Part shown: positions 46,251-55,198 of the stretch, one piece after another | Position numbering within the stretch: the stretch's first letter is position 1 | How the letters are laid out: every line of letters starts with the position of its first letter | DNA from: an uncultured Gemmatimonadales bacterium | Lineage (GTDB): Bacteria > Gemmatimonadota > Gemmatimonadetes > Longimicrobiales > RSA9 | Length of the DNA: 64,000 bases | Direction of reading: 5' to 3' | Assembly: GCA_963783305.1 (NCBI GenBank) | Contig: CAWAMW010000016.1 | Location: forward strand, 448,001 to 512,000 | Translations under genes and position numbers: made by a program | Notes under the pieces: generated by a model | The model's database searches: none | What the model was told of the DNA's origin: nothing | The model's input: only the letters and a program-made list of their open reading frames with translations

Positions 46251-47078
46251 TTACTCTGTCCCGCCGCTCGCGCCCGGCAGGAACAGCGGAGCGCCGAAGC
46301 GGTCCGCTCCGTACTGCGAGATCACCTCCTGCCCCGGGCCCGTAAGCCAATCCACGAAATCGCGAGCTCCTTCTCCGGGTGGTCCGGCCGGAAGCGTGTA
46401 CTGGTACGCGTTCACCTCCGGCGGCTCCCCGCGCGCCAGCGGTTCGAGATCCAGCCCTTCCGAGAGATGGAGGAGTGTGCCGCTGTCCGTGAGGACGTAC
46501 GCGCCTCTCTGGTCGGCCATGCGGAGCGCTTCCGCCATGCCCAGCCCCGCTTCCACATACCACCGTGCCCGCCGCAGGGAGTCGACCACGCCCGCCCGGC
46601 GCCAGAGCTCCAGCTCCCTGCGATGCGTGCCCGAGTCGTCACCGCGGGAGACGAAAAGGGCGCCCGCGGCGGCGATCCGCTCCAGCGCCTGCGCCTCATC
46701 CGTCGAGCCGGCGATCCCGGCCGGATCGCCCGGAGGACCGGCGATCACGAACTCGTTGTGCATCACCGGCCCCTGCTCGGCACCATGCCCGGCGGCCATG
46801 AAGGCCGCTTCGCCCGTCGGATCGTGCGTGAGCAGGACGTCGGCGTCCCCGCGTCGCCCTGTCTCCAGCGCGGCGCCGGACCCCACGGCCGTCGTCACGA
46901 GCCGAAACCGGTCCTGTGAAGCGTGGTAGGCGCGCGTGAGCACGTCCAGGAGCCCCGAGTCCTCCACGGTGGTGGTGGTGACCAGCAGGACGCGCTCGGT
47001 GTCGTTTGCCGCGCGCGCACAGCCGAAGAGGACCAGGGTGGCGAGGGCCAGGAGAAGGGCCAGTGGGTGTCGGAGCAT
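46251..47078 (-). CDS. tupA: Tungstate ABC transporter substrate-binding lipoprotein
   Basis: TTTTVEDSGLL, AVGSGAAL, DADVLLTH, SRGDDSGTH, GMAEAL; lipobox LFGC. Confidence 0.9.
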   Translation of the reverse strand: MLRHPLALLLALATLVLFGCARAANDTERVLLVTTTTVEDSGLLDVLTRAYHASQDRFRLVTTAVGSGAALETGRRGDADVLLTHDPTGEAAFMAAGHGAEQGPVMHNEFVIAGPPGDPAGIAGSTDEAQALERIAAAGALFVSRGDDSGTHRRELELWRRAGVVDSLRRARWYVEAGLGMAEALRMADQRGAYVLTDSGTLLHLSEGLDLEPLARGEPPEVNAYQYTLPAGPPGEGARDFVDWLTGPGQEVISQYGADRFGAPLFLPGASGGTE

Positions 47079-47186
47079 GCAGGGATGTTGTCCCGGGGGC
47101 GGGGCACGGGCAAGGGATGGCCTCTGGGGCGCCAGCCGTTCCATGGAGGTTCGCGCTCCGGGCGGTCGGGGCGGTCTCGGGCGGTC

Positions 47187-47221
47187 CGAGCGCCGGGGCG
47201 GTGTTCCCGCTCCGGCGCTCG
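47187..47221. other. 15-bp-stem hairpin upstream of tupA
   Basis: CGAGCGCCGGGGCGG-TGTTC-CCGCTCCGGCGCTCG. Confidence 0.75.
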
Positions 47222-47412
47222 ATCCTCACGGGTAGGCGTCGCAGGGTACGCGGAGGGGCCAGTGGGAATCGTTGCTTCTGGTAGTTCGAGTGGCCGGGGG
47301 GGTTCGGGGAGGTCGCGCCTCCGGGGAACACCGCGCCTCCCTGACGCTATCGGAATGCATGGGGAGGGGGACCGGCGGTCCCCATACCGTCCCACGACGC
47401 GCCATCCGACGA

Positions 47413-47492
47413 CGCACGAGCGCCCGGCAGGCGCCGGACTCGCACGAGCTTCCTGCAGGCGCCGGACTCGCACGAGCTTCCGGCAGGCGCCG
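47413..47492. repeat. 28-bp tandem repeat x3
   Basis: CGCACGAGCTTCC(T/G)GCAGGCGCCGGACT-like units at 47413, 47441 and 47469. Confidence 0.9.
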
Positions 47493-47502
47493 CGGAGTGG
47501 GG

Positions 47503-47988
47503 TCAGTGTCGCTCGCCGCCCTCGATGCCCGTCTGCGTGGGACCCTCGGGCGGCGTGTAGGTCTTGCCTTCCTGGATCGCCGTCTGCGGATCGCGGGTGC
47601 CGTACATCTCGCCCGCGTCGTCGGGCTGGAGGTGCTCGGCGGTGTCAGTCGTGGTCTTGCCGCTCTCACCCAGCGCGGCGTTCGCGGCGACATCCTCGGC
47701 CCGGGCGTCGTCGGCGGCGTCCGCGCGCTGCGCACGGGCATTCGGGTCCACCACGACGTTGTTGTCGAAATCGGTGGCGCCTAGGAAGCTCAGGACCTGG
47801 TCGACGTGCTGTCGCTCGCCATCGGTCCCGACGCGACCTTCCACCGTGACGTGACCGTCCCGGACCTCCACGTCCACCGTATCCACGTTGAAGTCCGCGT
47901 CCTCGTCCAGCCGTTCGCGGATGAGCTCCTCGATGTCGCCGTCATCCAGCTGATCGAGGTTGATCGCGTTCTCGAAATCCCTGGCCAT
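47503..47988 (-). CDS. BON domain protein with acidic tail
   Basis: DGDIEELIRERL...VDVEVRDGHVTVEGRV...DNNVVV; GGAGG RBS. Confidence 0.8.
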   Translation of the reverse strand: MARDFENAINLDQLDDGDIEELIRERLDEDADFNVDTVDVEVRDGHVTVEGRVGTDGERQHVDQVLSFLGATDFDNNVVVDPNARAQRADAADDARAEDVAANAALGESGKTTTDTAEHLQPDDAGEMYGTRDPQTAIQEGKTYTPPEGPTQTGIEGGERH

Positions 47989-48062
47989 GTGCTTCCTCCG
48001 TGATGTGGATCCCGGAGTGCATATGATGCAACGGCGGTGCCGCGCAGGGCGCGGCGGAAGGC

Positions 48063-48779
48063 TCAGAAGCGGAAGGCGAGCCCCAGGCTCACGTGTCCCG
48101 TCTGCACCCACTGATCGGCGTCGACGATCCGGGTGTCAGTGAAGAACCCGTCGGGGACGTGGATCTTCCACAGGATGTCGCGGGCATCGAGGCGCACGGA
48201 GAAGCGGTCGGAGGCGTACCACTCCACGCCCGCCCCCACGTGGCCGGTGAACCCGTTCTTGAACTCGACCGCGAGGTCCGAATCCTCCGGCAGCTCAGCG
48301 TCGAGGGCGTCGTCGGAGCTGACCTGGAGGACAGCCCCGGCCCCAATGAGGGCGTACGGCTGGAGCTTGTGCCAGGTCCGCGGGCCGGTGATGTCGAACC
48401 GGAGTGACGCATCCACCAGAAGCAGTGAGAGATCGGCCGTGCCGATCTGGTTCAGACCCACCATGGGGTCCTCGCGGACGGCCGCCGTGTCGGCGGTGGG
48501 GACCACTTCGAACACCTGACGGCTCGTGGGCATGAAGGCGGCGCGCGCGTCGAAGTTGAACGGGCCGCTCACCCGTACGCTGTAGCCGATGCCGGTGGCG
48601 TACCCCGATCCGGGCCCGATCTCGAGCGGTCCGCGGTCAGTGAAAACCGCCGAGCCGAACGCCCAGAGCGACATGGAAGGGTCCACGAAGTCATAGGGGG
48701 ACTGAATCGTCTGGGCGGCGGCCGGGGTGGCACCCAGTACCATGGCCGCCAGTAGGGCGAATGCGCTGCGCTTGATCAC
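48063..48779 (-). CDS. Outer-membrane beta-barrel protein
   Basis: Signal peptide AAAQ; LQPYALIGAG and GHVGAGVEWY; terminal GLAFRF. Confidence 0.75.
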   Translation of the reverse strand: MIKRSAFALLAAMVLGATPAAAQTIQSPYDFVDPSMSLWAFGSAVFTDRGPLEIGPGSGYATGIGYSVRVSGPFNFDARAAFMPTSRQVFEVVPTADTAAVREDPMVGLNQIGTADLSLLLVDASLRFDITGPRTWHKLQPYALIGAGAVLQVSSDDALDAELPEDSDLAVEFKNGFTGHVGAGVEWYASDRFSVRLDARDILWKIHVPDGFFTDTRIVDADQWVQTGHVSLGLAFRF

Positions 48780-48946
48780 GTGTCTCGTAGGTCTCCTGCC
48801 CGCGTCGGGACGCTCGTATGTGCGTGGCGGGAAGCTAGAGGCGGGGCCGTTGCCGCGCAACCGAGTACGTGCCCGCGTTGACGGCGCCATCAGGGGCCCC
48901 TTAGCTTGCGGCGATATTCAGTCCTAAGTCGCACGTCGACACAGAG

Positions 48947-50002
48947 TTGGGAGATGGCTTGAAGCGCTTCGGACGCGTTCACCTGGGGGCCTGGGCACTG
49001 CTCACCCTGCTGCCCCCCGCCGGCTCCCTGGCCGCGCAGACGGCTGTGGTGGCCGTGGACGAGGAAAACTTCCGCGCGGCTCCATCGGGCGACGTTCTCG
49101 CGACGCTGCTGCGGGGCACCTCGCTGGCCATCGGTGAGGCCCGGGGTCCGTGGCGCGAGGCGACCGTGGAAGGGTGGATCTGGGGCCGCTCCGTCCGTGA
49201 GCAGCAGCGCGAGGAGCTGAACCTGCTGGTGAACGCCAGCGGCGAGAATCTTCGGGCGAGCCCGAACGGTGAGCGGATCGGCAGAGCGGCGGGAGGCATG
49301 CTACTGCAGCGGCTGGAGACCCGGGGCAACTGGCTCCGCGTCCGGCGGACTGGCTGGATCTGGTCCGAGTCCATCACACTGGTCGACGACTCCGCCTCCG
49401 CCGCACGCCGGCCGGCCGGGGAGCCGCCCGCCGGGGAGCCGGCCCCCACGGCGTCGCCCGCCCCTCCGCCGTCCACCACCCGCACGAGCAGGCATTTCGA
49501 GGCGGTCAGGGAGGACGCGGTCCTGCTGGACAACGCGGCCGGCGATACCGTTGCGCGTCTCTGGCCGGAGACGACGGTGGAGGTGCTAGCCCAAGAGGGG
49601 GAGTGGACGCGTGTGCGGCTCGAGGGCTGGGTTCTCAGCGGCGCGTTCGTGGCGGGTGACGGCGGCTCGACCGCAGTGCTCCGCCAGATCTCGCGCGACT
49701 CTCTCCAGGCACACCCGAACCTCTACCGCGGTCGGCTCCTGGAATGGACCCTCCAGTTCATCGCGCTCCAGGAGGCGGAGCGATTCCGTACCGACTTCAT
49801 TCCGGGTGAGCCGTTCATGCTGACGCGGGGCCCCGGTGACGACTCCGGCTTCGTCTACGTCGCAGTGGGGGGAGAGCTCCTGGAACGCGTCCGGTCCCTC
49901 TCCCCGCTGCAGCAGGTGCGGGTACTGGCGCGGGTCCGAAGCGTCCGATCGTCTCTGACCGGAGCCCCCGTCCTGGACCTGCTCGAGATCACGGGTCGCT
50001 GA
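48947..50002 (+). CDS. Secreted protein with three SH3b-like repeats
   Basis: Repeated ENFR/ENLR..P.G...W..V..(E/T)GW(I/V) units; signal peptide. Confidence 0.7.
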   Translation: MGDGLKRFGRVHLGAWALLTLLPPAGSLAAQTAVVAVDEENFRAAPSGDVLATLLRGTSLAIGEARGPWREATVEGWIWGRSVREQQREELNLLVNASGENLRASPNGERIGRAAGGMLLQRLETRGNWLRVRRTGWIWSESITLVDDSASAARRPAGEPPAGEPAPTASPAPPPSTTRTSRHFEAVREDAVLLDNAAGDTVARLWPETTVEVLAQEGEWTRVRLEGWVLSGAFVAGDGGSTAVLRQISRDSLQAHPNLYRGRLLEWTLQFIALQEAERFRTDFIPGEPFMLTRGPGDDSGFVYVAVGGELLERVRSLSPLQQVRVLARVRSVRSSLTGAPVLDLLEITGR

Positions 50003-50924
50003 CGACGGCCGCGCTGTCGGCAGTGGCGGTAAAGGCCGCGAGAACCGGCGCACCTTCGAACTCAGCGGGCACGGGCACCCCGAGCAGCCACAGCGCCGTG
50101 GCCGCTGTATCCATGGTCCGCACTCCCTCGGGTCGACCCTCCGTTGCGACCCCCTGCCCGTACACGATCCAGGGGATGGTCGTGTCCTCGAGAGCGTCGG
50201 TGCCGTGGTTGCGGCCGTGCCCGCCGTGGTCTGCGGTGACGATCAGCGTATACTTGCCCGATCCGTACGTCTCGTCCGCCGCTTCGATGATGCTGGCCAC
50301 TCCCGCGTCGGCGCGGCGCGCGGCCAGGCCATAGAAGAACCCCATCCAGCCCGCGCCGTGACCGGCGTAATCCGTTTCCCCGATATGGACGAAGAGCAGG
50401 TTCGGCCGCCGGTGCCTGAGGTACTGGATGGCTGCGGGGACGGTCCGGGTCGCCATCCAGTTGTCGGAATTGAACGCCGGCGCCTGCCGGTAGTCGTAGG
50501 AGCCGGGGCGGTCCAGGTGCCGGAACTTGGCTTTGCTGTAGAATGCGGCGGTCGTGAGTCCGGCGTCGTGCGCGAGCTCGAACATCGTGGGCACGTGCAC
50601 GACGTCTTCCTCCGCGAGAGCGCGGTTGAACGTGATCCCGTGGACGTCCGGGGTTCTGCCCGTGATCATGGAGGTGTGCGACGGCAGCGTCTTGCTGGGC
50701 AGGATCGTCTGCGCGTTCAGTGTATAGCTTCCGGTTTCGAGCAGGCGCTGGAGAGTCGCCAGATCGAATGTCGCGATTGCGTCCGGCCGCAGCCCGTCGA
50801 TCGAGATCACGATCACATGACTCGTACGGGCGGTGTCGGTCGAAACCGGCGTCGCGGCCGCGGCCGGAACCGTCGCCATGAGCAGCCCCAGCGCCAGCAG
50901 CATTACCGCAAGCAATCGTTCCAT
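49989..50924 (-). CDS. Alkaline phosphatase superfamily / nucleotide pyrophosphatase-phosphodiesterase
   Basis: VISIDGLRPD, SKTLPSHTSMITG (Thr nucleophile), DYAGH, TADHGG; signal peptide. Confidence 0.88.
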   Translation of the reverse strand: MERLLAVMLLALGLLMATVPAAAATPVSTDTARTSHVIVISIDGLRPDAIATFDLATLQRLLETGSYTLNAQTILPSKTLPSHTSMITGRTPDVHGITFNRALAEEDVVHVPTMFELAHDAGLTTAAFYSKAKFRHLDRPGSYDYRQAPAFNSDNWMATRTVPAAIQYLRHRRPNLLFVHIGETDYAGHGAGWMGFFYGLAARRADAGVASIIEAADETYGSGKYTLIVTADHGGHGRNHGTDALEDTTIPWIVYGQGVATEGRPEGVRTMDTAATALWLLGVPVPAEFEGAPVLAAFTATADSAAVVSDP

Positions 50925-50946
50925 CCGTCGTCATCCCCCCTGTCGG

Positions 50947-52064
50947 TCAGCGGACCGGTTCCAGTCGCCGATTCGGGCGGAAGCGCCGGCCCGTCTTCGC
51001 CATGGGCTCGCCCTCGAGCCGCACCACGTCGGCGGTGAAATCGTATCGGTCCCGGACCAGGGATGATCCGACTCCATAGGAATCGACGGGGACCCGGCGG
51101 TCCTCGAACTGCCGGATCTTGGCCACCGTAAATCCGCCTGAGGCAACAATCTGCACATTATTGAACCCCTCACGATCGAGGGCGTTCCTCACGTTGTGAA
51201 CGAGCTGGGGGTTCACACCCCGGGGATCGAAGTCACCCATCTGCGACCGGACCGATTCGTCCACGAGGGTCTCGGAGGTGTCCAGGCGCACGCCGTACAG
51301 GCGGTCGCCGAGGACCCGGGCCAGTTCGAGGGCTGTGCGGACGGAGTCGTTCTCGAAGTCCACCAGCGCGATCACCCGGACATCCTCCGGCATGTGGCGC
51401 GCGAATGCAGTCGTGGTGCGAACCGTGTCGCCTCCATAGGCGGCGATCAGGGCGTGCGGCACCGTACCGAGTCCCTCCGACCCCCACCAGGACGCCTGCG
51501 CGTCGGTGGACACGCCGATGGCTCCGGCGATGTGGGCGGCGTATCCATCGCCGGTCTGGACCAGCCAGTGGTCGTGCCGGGCGGGGAAGAACAACACCGA
51601 TTTCGGCCAGGCCGCTTCCACCACCTTCCGTGTATTGGTGGCGATGGAGGTGCGGCGCGAGAGCACGCCGACGTAAAGCGTCTCCAGGTGCGCGAACGCG
51701 CTGTACGGCCCCTGGATCTGGAGGACGGGCTCCCACGGCTCGACGGGGTCACCGTCGTGGAGCGCCAGGACTTCGAGGTCCTCCCACGCGTAGCCTTCGG
51801 TCAGGCACTGCTTCAGAATGGCGATCGCCTCATCCATCCCGCCGAGCCACGCCCGCTTCTTCTGGAAGACCTGCATGGTCACGACCGGATCGTGCCCATC
51901 GGCCTGGAGCACGTCACGGGCACGGACGAAGTACTTGTCGGAGTAGTAGCCGCTCCGCATCCGCTCGACCGGGAGATGGAAGATGGACGGGTCGAGGCGC
52001 TCCGTGACCCGGAGCGCGGCGGCGGCGGCGCGGCGCCGGTGTGGTCGGCGGGTTGCTGGCTCAC
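50947..52064 (-). CDS. pncB: Nicotinate phosphoribosyltransferase-like protein (apparent 1-bp frameshift near 52003)
   Basis: YYSDKYF, GTVPHALI, LVDFEND, GVRLDTS, ASGGF, YGVGS; the RBS-preceded GTG at 52064 is out of frame with the main ORF. Confidence 0.8.
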
Positions 52065-52119
52065 GATCGCTCCTGTGGGCGGTGCTGGGGGAAGCCGCGT
52101 CGTGCCGGTTGGGACGGAG

Positions 52120-52428
52120 GGCCCAACGAGCGTAGCGAACGAGGCGCCGGATCGCCAGGCCGGTCCCGGCGCCGCAGGGGAGCGGCGGAGCGAACGGTCG
52201 CTGCGCTCCATCTTTCCCCAGCCCAGCCGCCGTAGCTGGAAGCCCAGGCGCGTGCCCCGTCCCGTCGACGCCGCGCGCAGCGCGGTCGCCTCGCGCAAAG
52301 CGCGGGCGATCGACCCCCCGCGCCAGCGGGGTCCTCGGGAAGCGAAGCGCCCCACGAGAATCGACCCCCGCGCCAGCGGGTCCCGCAGGGAGCGGAGCGA
52401 CCGCAGGGATCGACCCTCGACCCGCGCC
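52120..52428. repeat. REP-like palindromic repeat cluster
   Basis: About 50-bp units ATCGACCCCC(C)GCGCCAGCGGG(G)TCC at 52309 and 52360, a partial copy at 52409, and four (A/G)GCG(A/G/T)AGCG motifs. Confidence 0.7.
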
Positions 52429-52448
52429 TCCGACCTCTTCAGCCCCTG

Positions 52449-53402
52449 CTAGGGCGCCGCCTCGGGTGCGGAGGCCGGATCGGTCTCGACCCCCGCGGCC
52501 CGGCGAACCAGCGAGATCCCGCCGATGACGACGACCGCCCCCGTCACCTGCCACACATTGGGCACCTCCCCGAGCATCGGCCACGCGATGAAGATGGTGA
52601 GGATCGGCACGAGGTTCCCGATCGCGGCCGTCCTGGTGTTGCCGATGGTCTGCACGCCCCGGTACCACAGGAGGTAGGAGACGCCGAGACCCAGGAGCCC
52701 GGCATACGCCACGCTCGCCCAGGCCACGGGCGGGACCCCCGAATGGAGCCCGGCCACGTCCGGGATCCCCGCGAGGAGGAGGAGCACAGCCCCGGCCCAC
52801 AGGGTCCAACTCGTGACGAACACCGAGCCGTATTTCATGATCAGGTCCCGTACGCCCACTGTGTAGGTCGCCCAGACCATGGATGCCGCGATCATCAGCA
52901 GGTCGCCGGTCAGCGTGTCCGTACCGAACGCGAGCCCCGATCCGCCGCTCGCCACGACCATCGTGACCCCCGCCACCGCGATGGCGATTCCCACCCAGGC
53001 CAGCGGGCGGATCCGTTCATGGCCGAGCCAGGCCGTGCCGGCCGCAATAAAGACAGGCGACAGGTTCAGGAGCACGCTCGCGTTGCCCGCCCGGGAGCGC
53101 GCGAGTCCCGAAATGAAGAGGAGCTGGTAGAGGAAGTTGCCGACGACGCCCAGGATGAGGATCCGGGCCCGGTCGCCGGGGTCCGGCAGGCGGAGGCGGC
53201 CGCTCCGGAACAGGACGACCGCCAGGAAGACGGCCGCGAGAGGAAAGCGCAGGGCGTTGAACCCGTAGGGCGGAATCGACGCCAGACCGATCTTGATGAT
53301 CGAGAAGTTCAAGGCCCACAGCAGGACCAGGAGGAGCAGGCCGGCTTCGGCCTGCCGCGTTCCGGTGTGGGCCGGGTCGTGGGTGTGCGCGCCAGGGCTC
53401 AT
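52449..53402 (-). CDS. DMT/EamA family transporter
   Basis: LWALNFSIIK, LRF, HER, GDLL, WYRGV, LGE; two EamA repeats. Confidence 0.9.
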   Translation of the reverse strand: MSPGAHTHDPAHTGTRQAEAGLLLLVLLWALNFSIIKIGLASIPPYGFNALRFPLAAVFLAVVLFRSGRLRLPDPGDRARILILGVVGNFLYQLLFISGLARSRAGNASVLLNLSPVFIAAGTAWLGHERIRPLAWVGIAIAVAGVTMVVASGGSGLAFGTDTLTGDLLMIAASMVWATYTVGVRDLIMKYGSVFVTSWTLWAGAVLLLLAGIPDVAGLHSGVPPVAWASVAYAGLLGLGVSYLLWYRGVQTIGNTRTAAIGNLVPILTIFIAWPMLGEVPNVWQVTGAVVVIGGISLVRRAAGVETDPASAPEAAP

Positions 53403-53575
53403 GAGGGCCGGAAGATCCCGACCGGTTCGCTCGATCGCAAGGCCGGGCTCCACTTCGCCGCCTCTGCGCCGGACGACACGGAGCCGCGGGCCGGCAAGGG
53501 TGGACTTCGGCTTGCGGCCCCCGGGAACCGCGGGCTAACTTCGCGCGGGAAAGAGGCAGACCGATGGAGGGTGCG

Positions 53576-53851
53576 ATGGTAGCCGCAGTGGTGCTGATCC
53601 GCGCCGAGCGGGATGCGATCCCGACGGCGGCCCGGCAGGTGGCGGGAATCGAGGGCGTGGCCGAGGTCTACTCCGTTTCGGGGGAGTGGGACCTGATCGC
53701 AATCGTGCGAGTCCCCGAGTGGGAGCAGATCGCCGAAGTGGTAACGGAGCGAGTGGCGCGGGTCGAGGGGCTGGAGCGGACGGAGACGCTCGTCGCCTTC
53801 CGGGTGTATTCCAATCGGGACCTGGATGCCGCATACGAGATGTTCGACTGA
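53576..53851 (+). CDS. Stand-alone Lrp/AsnC ligand-binding domain protein
   Basis: EVYSVSGEWDLIAIV, GLERTETLVAF; no HTH. Confidence 0.85.
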   Translation: MVAAVVLIRAERDAIPTAARQVAGIEGVAEVYSVSGEWDLIAIVRVPEWEQIAEVVTERVARVEGLERTETLVAFRVYSNRDLDAAYEMFD

Positions 53852-53860
53852 GGAGAGCCG

Positions 53861-54631
53861 ATGGCGGGTATGATGGAGGGGAAGCGGGTCATGGTGTTCG
53901 GTGTGGCCAACGAGCGTAGCATCGCGTGGGGCATCGCTCAGGCCATGCACGCGCAGGGCGCTCGCCTGGGATTCAACTACCTCGGCGACGCGCTCGAGCG
54001 GCGGGTCCGGCCCCTGGCCGAGACCGTCGACGCTGACCTCGTGCTGCCCTGCGATGTCTCCGACGCCGCACAGGTTTCCGAAACCTTCCAGGCAATCAAC
54101 GAGAAGTGGGGCGGGCTCGATGTCCTGGTCCATTCCGTGGCCTGGGCGAACAAGGATGACCTGAACGGCCGCTTCAGCGACACCGACCGGGACGGGTTCC
54201 TCCGGGCGCTGGAGATCAGCGCCTACTCGCTCGTCCACCTGGCCCGGGAAGCCCGGCCGCTCATGGCTGAGGGCGGCAGCGTCATCACGATGACGTATTA
54301 CGGCGCGGAGAAGGTAGTGAAGAACTACAACGTGATGGGCGTCGCCAAGGCCACGCTCGAGGCGTCCGTGCGGTACCTGGCCGCCGACCTCGGCCCCGAA
54401 GGGATCCGGGTCAACGCCGTCAGCGCCGGTCCCATCAAGACACTGGCGGCGTCCGGCGTGCGCGATTTCAGAAAGCTCATGAGCATGGCCGAAGAGCGGT
54501 CGCCGCTCCGCCGGAACGTGACCCAGGACGAGGTGGGGAACGCGGCCGTGTTCCTGTGCTCCGACATGGGCGGTGGCATCACCGGCGAGGTCCTGCACGT
54601 GGACGCCGGCTACAACATCCTCGGGCATTGA
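53861..54631 (+). CDS. fabI: Enoyl-ACP reductase
   Basis: GVANERSIAWGIA, ISAYS, YNVMGVAK, SAGPIKTLA, GEVLHVDAG. Confidence 0.96.
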   Translation: MAGMMEGKRVMVFGVANERSIAWGIAQAMHAQGARLGFNYLGDALERRVRPLAETVDADLVLPCDVSDAAQVSETFQAINEKWGGLDVLVHSVAWANKDDLNGRFSDTDRDGFLRALEISAYSLVHLAREARPLMAEGGSVITMTYYGAEKVVKNYNVMGVAKATLEASVRYLAADLGPEGIRVNAVSAGPIKTLAASGVRDFRKLMSMAEERSPLRRNVTQDEVGNAAVFLCSDMGGGITGEVLHVDAGYNILGH

Positions 54632-54645
54632 TCAGGGAGAGACTG

Positions 54646-54876
54646 GTGCGTCGCTATACGGACCCCCGGGGTCGGACCTGGGACGTGGTGGTTGGCCGGG
54701 AGTCGTTCGGAGCGCTCTACGCGCTCTTCGTCCCGGCCGCCGAGACCCGCGCCGAGACCCGGCAGACGCTCCTCCAGTCGGACTCGCAGACGGCGGCGCG
54801 CGAATCCCTCGGCGCCATGTCCGATGACGAGCTGAACGAGCTTTTCGACCGATCGGAACCGAAGAGACTGCAATGA
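54646..54876 (+). CDS. Small hypothetical protein
   Basis: GTG after AGGGAG; RRYTDPRGRTWDV; ATGA overlap with the next gene. Confidence 0.65.
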   Translation: MRRYTDPRGRTWDVVVGRESFGALYALFVPAAETRAETRQTLLQSDSQTAARESLGAMSDDELNELFDRSEPKRLQ

Positions 54877-55190
54877 AGACGTTCATGGGCGAGGACGGCC
54901 GGGCGTGGACCGCCACGGCCCTGGAGGAGGATACCCCGCGCCACCACGGACGGTGGTATCTGGCGCTCCACCCAGAGGACTCCCCGGAGCGGCCGCTCGC
55001 TGTGCCCGAGATCCGCTGGAAGACGAGGGCCACGGCGAAGCGAACTCTCCACTCAATGTCGGACTTCGAGCTCCGGCGCCGGCTGCGCATCGCCGCCCGC
55101 CGACACCAGACGCCCGGCCTGGAGCGCGACGCGTTCGGGGACTGGAAGGACGCCGCACCCGGGGCCAGGGGCGGGACGGCGGCGGGCTGA
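54873..55190 (+). CDS. Small hypothetical protein
   Basis: KTFMGEDGRAWTA...MSDFEL; coupled to both neighbours. Confidence 0.65.
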   Translation: MKTFMGEDGRAWTATALEEDTPRHHGRWYLALHPEDSPERPLAVPEIRWKTRATAKRTLHSMSDFELRRRLRIAARRHQTPGLERDAFGDWKDAAPGARGGTAAG

Positions 55191-55198
55191 GCACGCGC

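Noticed and set aside
47225..47260. Fluoride riboswitch (GACGCCTAC on the minus strand)
   Set aside because: The 5' GGCGATGG-type element is missing and the downstream genes are unrelated
47413..47492. CRISPR array (28-bp repeats)
   Set aside because: No spacers and no cas genes in the window
52309..52428. Type I-E CRISPR array
   Set aside because: Only two cores, a 50-bp period instead of about 61, intervening sequences similar to each other, and repeat flanks that do not match
52065..52809. Long N-terminal extension of pncB in the ORF track
   Set aside because: Arg/Gly/Pro-rich read-through of a repeat region that overlaps the DMT gene; not plausible coding sequence
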